Below the pieces are notes generated by a model. That model was given only the letters and a program-made list of their open reading frames with translations, made no database searches and had not been told where the DNA came from. A stretch of 21,869 nt of DNA from an uncultured bacterium (GTDB lineage: Bacteria > Armatimonadota > Abditibacteriia > Abditibacteriales > Abditibacteriaceae), in contig CAWJLW010000011.1 in the NCBI GenBank assembly GCA_963843795.1, positions 1-21,869 on the forward strand, read 5' to 3'. Each line of letters opens with the position of its first letter. Within the stretch, counting starts at the first letter, position 1. Shown in pieces: positions 9,736 through 19,146 of the stretch. A program made the translations under genes and the position numbers.

Positions 9736-12700
9736 TTAAAACAAACCGTTCTGCTCGGGCGCGGTTTTCGTTTTGGTGCGCGTGGCTTTGGCTTTCTTCG
9801 CCCGCGCGACTTTGGTTTTCTTGTCGTGCAAACCGGCTTCGACTTCGTGGGCGAAGCGGCGTGTGATTGAGGGCGAGGAGCAAATCGAGCAATTGGGCGC
9901 GGGCGGCGGGTGCGACGGTGAAGCGGATGCCTTGCGCGGTTTCGTGGAAATCGTGGCCCAGATCGAGATCGTGCCAGCCGTAAGCGTCGCACACGGCGCG
10001 GTCGAGGCGGCGATGCAAATCGCGCAGCGCGGCGATGTCGTCGAAGGGCGGCGCGGCGTTGCGCACGCGGCAGGTACTTGCAGCGGTCTCGGGATCGTGA
10101 AACAGGTTGTAAACCTTGGTCAATCCCAACTCGCGCGCCGCGCAAATCGACGCCCGCTGCGCGAAATACGATTTGCCCAACTCCGCAAGTACTTGCCGCG
10201 CGTTTTCATCCCAATCAGGAAACGGAAACGTCTCAAAACAATCTGCCGGAGCATAAACAGGTCTCGTTTCCAAAGACTTGAATCATGTGTGAAAATCCAT
10301 TCTGCGTGTAGTGTTAAGATAGAACGCTTAAATCACTGAAATTTCGTAGCGAAAACACGACAAGTTTGTGTCCATAAACCCATTCGTTTGGCACAAAAAC
10401 AAACGAGTGGATAAATCTTGCTGGTTTGCGTAACAACCAATACTTGGGATAACGACGTGATTGTTTCGTAAAGTGCAGGACGTTTTTCAGCGTAAATCCA
10501 CCAATTTTGCGGTAAGTTTTCGCAAAACAAATTGCCGTCTGGTTGGTTCGCGTGCGTTCCGGCTTCACTTTCTCCTCAAGTACTTGCAGACAATCGGGAA
10601 AATCGGCGGCCACGAAACCTTCGTAGTCAGGCGGCGCGGTTTCGCGGTTCAAGGGCCAATCCCGAAAATTGATTACCCAGCGCGACGGCGATTGATCGGG
10701 GCGAGAATTCAAATCTTCGCCATTCAAATACGGGAAAAGTACTTGCGTATTCTTCACGTCTTTCTCGATTAACGCTGCGGCTTCGTCGGGCGTTAAAACG
10801 AAACCCATGCCCAGCACAAACGAACCGATAAAACTTTTGCCCGCATTGGCGGCCAAGCGGTGCGGATTGCCGACGACTTCGCCCGGTTCGCTGAGATAGG
10901 GCGTGATGGCGCTCACGGCTTTTTCGGCCAGCGCGCAACTGATTTTCCACTCGCCTTTGACGATGTGAACCAGCGCCACTTCCAAAGCCGCCTGTCCGGG
11001 CCATTTCCGCGAGGGATTGGCGGCGTGAATCAGGCCGTCCCAATTCACGATTTGATCGAGACCGACTTCGCGCGTATCGCCCTGCGCAATCGTGTTGGTG
11101 GCGATTAAACCCAGATGACCGCCTTCGGCCAACAAATCGAAGCCGCGCAGATAAAAATACGCCACCAAATCGGCGCTGCCGCGCTGTCCGCGCGCGATGG
11201 CCTCGACCAGATAATTGCGATACGGCACGCCCAGCGCGCCCGTGATGCGCTGGCCGCCGATGAAAGGCGGATTGCCGATGATGGCATCGAAGCCCACGCG
11301 CTCGCGTTCGCCCTGATGATGGCCCGCTTCGTTGAGGAAAAACACTTCGGGAAATTCCAGCGGCCAATGCAACGGGCGCACGCTGCCCAACATTTCATCC
11401 AATTGGGCGCGCACCTGCTCGCGCACCGCTTCGCCTCGTGGGCCATTGCGCCTGATGAATCAGCGCCCACAAACCGCGCTGCTTCTTCGGTGCGCGCGCT
11501 TGCCGGTCAAACCCGCAAAAGTGGGCGCAACAATCGCATCGGCAAACAAGCGACCGATTTGCGTGGCGTTTTGGGCGCGTTGCAGCGCGGCGCGCGCACT
11601 GCTTTCATCGGCTTCGAGTTCGGGAATTTCGCTGCGCGCTTCCGCCGCGGCTCGCATCCAACTGGTGTAATTCACCTGCGCGATTTGGCGTATCGCTCAA
11701 GCGATTCAAATTCTGCGAGCGCAGTTGCGCCAGATCGACGCCCGCCAGCGAATCACCCACGCGCAGCGCGTGTTCGAGAAACGAAAAAGGCCGCCCTTTT
11801 TCCATGGTGACCAGCCACAGCGACAGTTGCGCCATTTCAATCGCCAGCGGGTCGCTATCGACGCCATACAAACAGCGACTCGCCACCACGCGCCGCGCCT
11901 GCAACAACCGCTCTTCGCGCTCTGCTGCCCAAGCGTTCGGCTCCGCGTTCCAGCGCAGTAGTTTCGCCATAAGGCACGAACAAAGTCGCATCGGGCGCGG
12001 CATGCTGCTCGACGATTTCCCACGCCTGCACCAGCTTTTCCGACAGATAACGGCACACTTGCACCAACACGCCCGCGCTGCCGCACGCCGGATCGCAAAT
12101 CTTCAAATCCAATAGTTCGCGCGGCGTGCGCAAAGTCTCCGGGCTGGCTTCGATGCCTTGCGCAAAGCCGCGATAAACCAGCGGATCGAGCGTGGTGGAG
12201 ACCAGCGGTTGAGTCAAAGTGCGCGGCGTGTAATGCGTGCCCGACGAGCGTCGGTCGCTGCCGCGCGTAACATACAAATTGCCCTCGCCGATGATGACTG
12301 GCAATTTGTAAACATCGCGCCGAATCAGATTGGCGAAAGGCCGTACGCGCGCCAGAATTTCGTTGTCCGGGCACACGCGCTCGAAATGTCGCCAATCGTC
12401 CAACGGCGGCGGCGCATTCAAATCGTTTTCAATCGCGGCTTTGGGAGCGTCCGGTTTGCTGCTCTGCAAGTACTTGCACAAGGCTTTGGGTCGTCGGCGA
12501 GCTCTTCCAGCGCTTGCAGCGCGATTTCCGGCTCTTCGCCGCCCGCTCCTTTCAACGAAAGCACAATGCCATCGGCGCGGCGCACGGTGTGATCGAGCAA
12601 ACCTTCGTAAACGTGACCGATTTGTTCGATATCCAAAGCGCGAAACGAAACCACGCGCGACTGCGCTTCACCGCCGCCGGGCATGCGCACTTCGAGCAGC

Positions 12701-13894
12701 TGCAACGCTTCGAGCAGATAAAGCACGGTGCGATTATCGACCGGCAGCGGCGCGGCGGGCGTTTCGCGCCAGCTGGTGCCCGCCGCGCGTCCTTCGAGAA
12801 AAGGAAATTGATCGGGATCGAACAAACTTCCGCCGTAGGGAATCAGCGGGCAACGGTCGTGCGCGATACCGCCGTAGATGGCGCGAAAAGTCGCCAGCAA
12901 GCGCGGCCACGCATCGAAACGGCGCTCCAACCATTCATCGGTGTGAATATCGGCCTGCTCGCGCAGTTCGGCGCGCAAGGGCGAAACCGCGTAAGAATTG
13001 GCATAAAACTCGTTTTCCAGCGGCAACAAGTCGCGTTCTTCGGCGCACAGCAAAAAGACCAGCCGCATCATCACGCTCAGCGCGGCGCGATAAATTTCAC
13101 GCGTTCCCAAACCAGCAAACAGCGCCCCGCCATGATTCTGATCTTCGCGCTCCCACGTCGCCACCAGAAGCTCCAGCGCGCGCCGCACTTGTCGGCCTAA
13201 TTGGTCGGTGACTTCGTGCTGAAAGTCCACGCTGCGCTCAAATAAGCGCACCAGCGTGTTGTCATCATCGACCGAGAAAAATCGCTGCGCGTCCAACAGC
13301 GAAACAAAGGCGCGCCAAGTCAGCGCCTCTTCGCCCCACAGCGTGGCATTCCAATTGATGTAAGAAGCGGTTTCGCCGTGTGGCGCGTAAATCAGAACCC
13401 AACTTTCGCCATTGGAAAGCAAACCCAGCGGCACGCGCGTAGCGCGCAAGAGTTCGGTCAAGCGAGTTTGTGGCGAAGCATTCCACCCCGAATCTTTGGA
13501 AAGTGCCGTGGGTTTTTGTCCGGCCTCGAGCTGCATCCACAACAGGCGCGGCAGTTGGGTTTGCGGGTCGATCAGCGCGCCATCGGGCCGCAGCGTTTCG
13601 CCATATTGCGGCGAGAAGTTCCAGACCCGTCGGCATTTCTTGACCTTCGCGCCATAAACTTTCTGGCCAGCCCAAACCTTCCTGGCGCACGTAGCGCAGC
13701 CACGCCGAATGTAGCGCGCGTTCAGTGGGGTTCTGGCTCCATTCTTCGCGGGCGAGCCGAATTTGTGAGCGCAGTTGCGGCTCTGCATTGTCCAGCCCTT
13801 GGGGAAACGCATCGAGCAAGATGGGCATGGAAAGAAACGGGCCGGAGATTTCAATGAGCGAAAGCCATTCGGCATGATGGCGGGCGATGGACAT
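9736..13894 (-). CDS. drmMI: DISARM class I N6-adenine DNA methyltransferase DrmMI (multiply frameshifted)
   Basis: N-terminus MSIARHHAEWLSLIEISGPFLS, then LDIEQIGHVYEGLLD, SGTHYTP, SAM-binding ICDPACGS, LYGVD, catalytic IIGNPPF, ATNTIAQGDTREVGL, YAPADCFETFPFP and AYGWHDLDLGHDF. The reconstructed end is ...EQNGLF followed by TAA at 9736-9738. It is spread over at least 7 ORF pieces. Confidence 0.9.
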
Positions 13895-13989
13895 GATAGA
13901 AAAGTCGAGTTTAAATTGTAGGGTTTGTGAATTGCTGGCGACAGAAAGTGTAACCAGATTTTGCCAAAGTTCGCAGAAGAGTTCAAACC

Positions 13990-16900
13990 TTCATGCGCTT
14001 CGCGTTCCGGCACCAGAAACGAAACCGCAGCCGGAAACAAGCGTGGGCTTGGCGAGGCATAGCGAGTTTGAATGAGTTGAGTTTCGCGCTCGATTTCAGC
14101 CGGGGATCGCATCCAAACGCACTTTGAGCGCATCGCGGTTGCGCTGCAACTGCAATTGCTCCTCGTTGCTCCACAATTCCAACTGCTGTGGTTCATCCGC
14201 AAAAATTTCGCGGCGAATGCTGGCCGCCAATTCTTCCAGAACCGCGCGCAGATGTGCGCTTTCAATGCTCCGCACGGTCGTCAGCGAAATTTTCCAGATT
14301 CTTTGTGCGGTCGCGCATTCGATTTTCCAGTGCACTGAGCAAGGGATTTTCGATTTGAGGCCACGATGTCGCGCAGGCGATTTTGCATGAGAGGTGAAAC
14401 TTCGTCGCGCGTTTGGGCTTCGATGGCCGCAGTCACTTCGCCCACATTCAAACGCGAAAAGTCGTCCCGCGCGCAAAGCGCCACCAGCCCGAATCACTTC
14501 TTCATGCAAGCGCGCGTTATCCTGTCCCAAAACCACCAAGCGACCATGCGCGATAACAATAGGCGTATCGAAGCGAGCACCTTTCATAGTGCGCACCGTG
14601 ACGCGGTTGATTTTGGCGCGCCGCGCTGCCACAATTGTGGTTTCGTCCCCGCCATCAATTGTCGAGGTGTTGGCATCGGCCAGCGCCCAGATTTCGGCGC
14701 GCAGCAGACCCAGACTGAGTTGCACCAGCCGATGCCCCAGATGCGCGAACACCACATCATCGCGTCCGCGCGCCGAGGTTTTCATCGAACACAATCGGCG
14801 GCGCTTTTCCATTATGCGGATGGTTGAGACCCAGCGCGGCGCTTGACCACGAACCCGAAAGCGCGGGCAATTCCCACGCGCGCACGCCATCGGGCAACGT
14901 CACGGGAATCAAAGGCGGTTGATGGGCCATTTCGAGCGCGACTTGCACGGCGCGTTCGATGTTTTCCGGTGCATGCTGCAAGTCGTCACGCGTCTGGCGC
15001 AAATCTTCGCTGCAACTGTTCTAATTGCTTTTTAAGTCGCGCTCGAAGCGCAGCATGCGCCGCGCGGGATTGGCTTCGTTTTCGGCGCGTGCGTATCGAG
15101 TTTTCGGCGTTTGCCAATCATCGCTTCTTCGACCTGAGCGGCGATAACCGGCCCGACTTTGCCCAAATCTTCGCGGATCTGCTCGACTTTGCGCGCGGCG
15201 CGCAAGAAGAAATTCCAGATCGCCTTCCAAGTCGCCCGGCGCTTTGTCGCGCGCGTTCTGCTCGCGGAAACCTTCGCCCACAAAGTGAAACACATCGACC
15301 TGGTCGGCGCGCTGTCCGTGTCGGTCGATGCGCCCGTTGCGCTGCTCCAAACGATTGGGATTCCACGGGATTTCGTAATGCACCAACGTGAGACAATAGT
15401 TTTGCAAGTTGACGCCTTCGCTGGCCGCATCGGTCGCGAGCAAAATGCGCACGCTTGATTCCTCGGGATGCGCCTGAAACGCCGCTTTGATGTTTTCGCG
15501 CGTCGTGGCAAATCCATGCCGCCGTAAAGTACTTGCAGCCGCTTTTCCATCCGGCCAATGCCCGCAAGCGGCACTGCCAGCAAGCCGAACAGCCATTTCT
15601 GCGTGGCGCGATATTCGGTGAAGATAATCACCCGTTCCGTCATTCCATTCGCCATCGGTTTTGCAGGTGTCTTTTGCAACCATTGGATGAGCGCGCGCGA
15701 CTTTGGTGTCGCCAACGCTGGCACCGTTGCTCGGCCAGGCTTTGCATTTCGTCCAGCCAACTGCGTTCTTGCGTCAGTCAAGGGCGCGAACCAGCGCGAT
15801 GACTCATCAACGACGATTTCGTTTGCTTCTTCCCACTCTTCATCATCGGCGCTATTTTCTTCGAGATCTTCGATCTGCCGCCGCAGAATTCCGCCATCCA
15901 AAGCCGCGCTGCGCTGGACTTTCGGGCGCGGCTTTTCCATGGTTTCGCGATGTTTGCGCAAGCGTTTGCGCAAACGCTTGCGGCGAGGAAAACAAACGCT
16001 TTTTGAGCAGCTTCAAAACAAAGTCGGTGGCCATCATCGAGGCGCCTTCCCGGGTCTGCTCGTGCCGCGACTGCGCGTAGCGATGCAACAGGGAATGCAG
16101 TCGCTTTTCGTCTTCGCTGTAAGCACTTCAATCGCTTGAAGCTCACGTCGGGAAAGCGCGGTTTGCCATCGAAAGCGGGCGGAAGTTCGCTTTTTAGTCG
16201 GCGCACTAAAACTTGCGCCAACTGTTCGCGGTTGGGTTCCACGCCGCGCGCAAAACGCTGATCGTCCAGCAATTCCAACAAAGCGGAAAACGATTCTTTG
16301 TAGCCGTTGTGCGGCGTGGCCGAAAGAAACAGCTTGTGTTCGAAGTGCGCGCGCGATCTCGCGAATGGTGCGGGTGCGCTGCGAGTCGATGGCATAATGC
16401 GAACTGCCCGAAGGCGCGATGTTGTGCGCTTCATCGACGATAAGCAAGTCCATGTCGACGTGGGAAACGTGGCTCGCCTTCGCCGGGCAAAGTTTCGCGA
16501 AACAGTTGCAGCGGACGCTCGCGTTTGAGGTAATCCATCGAGCAGATCAGGCGCGGAAAGTGCGTCCACGGATTGACATGCAAACCGCGCGAGCGCCGCA
16601 GCAAGCGCATCGCTTCGGCGTCGATGATGCGAAATTCCAGACCAAACTTTTCGCGCATTTCGCTTTGCCATTGAATTTGAATGTCAGCCGGACACACCAC
16701 CAAAATGTCGCGCGTTTTGCCGCGCAGCAAGAGTTCCTGCATCACCAAACCAGCTTCAATGGTTTTGCCCAATCCGACATCATCGGCGATGAGTAGCGAA
16801 ACGCGTGGCATCCTTAACGACCGAGCAACCGGATCGAGCTGATAATCTTGCACTTCGATACCCGAACGAAACGGCGCTTGCAGCGCCGAAATATCTGCCG

Positions 16901-17296
16901 AAGAAATCGCATTCCACTGAACCGACTGCAAAAAGGCATCGAAAACATCGGGCTTATCGAAAGGCCGCTTGTCATCGGCCATTCCAGGAGCGGGCATGGC
17001 GGGCCGCTCCAAAATTTGTGCGCCTGCTTCGCGCTCCCAGATCACTCGAGATGGTTTCGCCCAACCCATCGTCTTCAACCGAAGCTAACTTGACGATGTG
17101 ATGAGGTCCGCGGATCGAGCGCATTAATGGACTCAATGCAGGCGCACCTTCCCACAAAACACTTGGCTCCAATGCCGAGCGCTCTACATCTTGCACGACG
17201 AAACGACGACGGCGTAAATCGACCAGTTGACCAGTCACCGGCACAGAGACAATGGAAGTGGATGTTGAAGAGGTGGACGCGGATAGGAGTGGACAT
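13990..17296 (-). CDS. drmD: DISARM SNF2-like helicase DrmD (heavily frameshifted; ends approximate)
   Basis: Pieces carry GQLVDLRRRRFVV, LQAPFRSGIEVQDYQLDP, Walker A ADDVGLGKTIEAG, DLLIVDEAHN, FLSATPHNG, IIFTEYRATQ, ATDAASEGVNLQ, PWNPNRLEQRNGRIDR and C-terminal RLFPAAVSFLVP. It sits directly upstream of drmMI. Confidence 0.9.
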
Positions 17297-17368
17297 AAGT
17301 GAAGTAAAGAGATGAAATTGCTACTTATAATCTATAACCCCAAAATGACGCACATATTTACAAAACGG

Positions 17369-17397
17369 GGCGTGCTGGAAGTACTCTGCAGCACGCC
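17369..17397. repeat. Degenerate palindromic element (9-bp arms) upstream of drmD
   Basis: GGCGTGCTG-GAAGTACTCTG-CAGCACGCC. Confidence 0.75.
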
Positions 17398-17399
17398 AT

Positions 17400-17865
17400 A
17401 TTGCGGGCGGTATCGTAGCGGCGATTGGAGAATATCGCGCTGGCACAGTAAAAACGTGATTAAGAGCCGCCCTACTCGTCCGCCGCCATCCAAAAATGGA
17501 TGGAATGGTTTCAAACGGCGCGTGCAGCCATCCACAATGAATTAAAACCGGAATCGGTTGCGGCGTGTGGATGAACTTCTCAAAGTTATCCAGAGCGATG
17601 TGCATTTCGTACAGCGGAGGCGGTAGAAAGGTCGCCGTTGCCAGGTTGATTCCAAGGACCGATCCATTTTTGCCAACGCCGGAATTCGCCCACTTCGCGT
17701 CAATTCGCTAGGTTCGCGTTCGGCACTGCGCACACCATGCATCAGTTCGGCATGTATTTCTTTGATGAGCCGCAAGCTCAAAGGAAACTCGCTCAACCTC
17801 TACAAACCGTAATTCATCGCGCGCACATGGTTGACGACCTCTTCCACATCTTGCTGGCTGGACAT
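17400..17865 (-). pseudogene. Fic-family protein remnant
   Basis: DVEEVVNHVRAMNYGL*RLSEFPLSLRLIKEIHAELMHGVR ... FEKFIH ... HPFLDGGGRVGRLLITFLL (consensus HPFxDGNGRxxR, here N to G). In-frame TAG at 17800-17802, frameshifts, and both termini missing. Confidence 0.85.
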
Positions 17866-17948
17866 TGATACACGCGTCGATCTCATATGAAGGCTGTCGG
17901 GCGCGGCCTTATTAAACTCCACTTTAATAAGAACCCTAAAAAGCCACT

Positions 17949-17982
17949 CTTATTTTACAAAACGGGCGATTTGTAAAATAAG
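17949..17982. other. 34-bp 13-8-13 inverted repeat, candidate tyrosine-recombinase (lox/FRT-like) site
   Basis: CTTATTTTACAAA-ACGGGCGA-TTTGTAAAATAAG: perfect AT-rich arms around an asymmetric 8-bp spacer. Confidence 0.55.
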
Positions 17983-18321
17983 GACGCAATTTTCGGTCGT
18001 TTACGGATCACACAGAGTCGGTTTCTGAATCGTCGTCTTGAGCCGTTTGGATTTGAGTTGTGTGCAAAGCGCGCGTGGTTTCCTTCTTGGCGCGTGTGAG
18101 ATGCAGGTCGTTCAAGCGTTCGCTGTCGTTGGGGTTAGTACCGCGATGTTTGGTCCATTTGATGGTGAGTTTCGAGCACAACACGCCAGTGGTAATGAAA
18201 GGTCGCACTGCAAGGTGCACTGCACCGTTTGGATCCGGCTCCCAGCCAAGTATGAACCCTATAAACATGGCCCGAGACCAAATCTCGTTTTCATGTATTT
18301 CTCGCCACGATATCAATCTCA

Positions 18322-18415
18322 TATGCAGTAAAGCAGTAAAGCTGGCTTGCATTCATTCAGTAAAGCTGTAAAAATGGCATGCCATAAAGCTGTAAAGCAT
18401 GCATTATTGCTTGCA
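18322..18415. repeat. Degenerate 8-bp repeats (GCWGTAAA) upstream of parA, candidate centromere/operator
   Basis: GCAGTAAA 18325 and 18333, TCAGTAAA 18357, GCTGTAAA 18365, GCCATAAA 18381, GCTGTAAA 18389; all are in 8-bp phase. Confidence 0.7.
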
Positions 18416-18489
18416 GGTATACTGTATTGCAGTATTTCAAGCATTGCTACGATTTGCCAAGCAATACAATCGTAGTCCAAGGACTTTTC

Positions 18490-19086
18490 ATGAAAATCAT
18501 TACCGTGACTGGGTTCAAAGGTGGGGTGGGCAAGAGCACCGCTGCCATTCACCTGGCCACCTTTTTTAGCGAGCAGGGGAAGGCCTTGTTAGTGGATGGA
18601 GATCCCAATCATACATCTCTCGCGTGGGCCAAAGAAGGCAAGCTGCCCTTTGATGTGGTGTCCACCAATCAAGTCGCTCGGGCGGTCAAAGACCGCGACT
18701 GGATCATCTTTGATACTCCAGCGCGGCCCAACAGCGACGATCTTTCCGAACTCGTCAGCGGCTGTGACCTTTTAGTGCTTCCAACTACGCCGGATATCGT
18801 AAGCATCAGGCCAATGATCGCCACGATTCAAGCCCTAGGAGTTGCTCATTACAAAGCCCTGGTCTCCATTGTGCCACCGCGCCCCATGAAAGACGGAGAA
18901 CTCGCACAGAAGGAATTGAAAGAACTGGGCTTTCCAGTTTTTGACACCATGATCCGCCGCTCTGTCGTTTTCACTAAAGCCGCGACAGCCAGCGTCGCAG
19001 TACGCGATTTGGAAGATCCTCGCGCTGGCTTGGCCTGGTCCGATTATTTGGCTCTGGGACAGGAAGTTATGGAAGCGCTAAAGTAA
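18490..19086 (+). CDS. parA: ParA-family Walker-type partition ATPase (short, type Ib-like)
   Basis: MKIITVTGFKGGVGKST deviant Walker A, LLVDGDPN, IIFDTP; 198 aa with no N-terminal HTH. Confidence 0.95.
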   Translation: MKIITVTGFKGGVGKSTAAIHLATFFSEQGKALLVDGDPNHTSLAWAKEGKLPFDVVSTNQVARAVKDRDWIIFDTPARPNSDDLSELVSGCDLLVLPTTPDIVSIRPMIATIQALGVAHYKALVSIVPPRPMKDGELAQKELKELGFPVFDTMIRRSVVFTKAATASVAVRDLEDPRAGLAWSDYLALGQEVMEALK

Positions 19087-19146
19087 AAATTTCGCGAACT
19101 ACTTTGACAGAGCACAAGATCGAAACCATTCCCGAAGGAGACCAAA

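Noticed and set aside
12418..14265. 615-aa ORF suggesting a DrmD-DrmMI fusion
   Set aside because: It strings together the DrmD tail, intergenic DNA, an off-frame stretch and then DrmMI. The real DrmMI N-terminus (MSIARHHAEW, 13894) is in another frame, so this is a by-product of indels.
9736..17296. BREX or stand-alone type IIG restriction-modification assignment
   Set aside because: There are no pglZ/brxC-like genes, and the SNF2, MTase, helicase, DUF1998, PLD order is that of class I DISARM.
946..17296. Programmed frameshifting or phase variation in drm genes
   Set aside because: There are too many scattered breaks, and I saw no consistent slippery sites or long simple-sequence tracts at them.
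1059..17315. Numerous plus-strand ORFs antisense to drm genes
   Set aside because: They are shadow ORFs of GC-rich coding DNA, Arg/Ala-rich and without motifs; only 9381..9638 is supported.
17400..17865. Fic protein as an active sixth DISARM component
   Set aside because: It is truncated at both ends, with an internal TAG, frameshifts and an altered catalytic loop.
18008..18352. 114-aa minus-strand ORF and overlapping plus-strand ORFs
   Set aside because: No recognisable motif or clear SD, and its 5' end overlaps the par repeats. A small orphan gene cannot be excluded.
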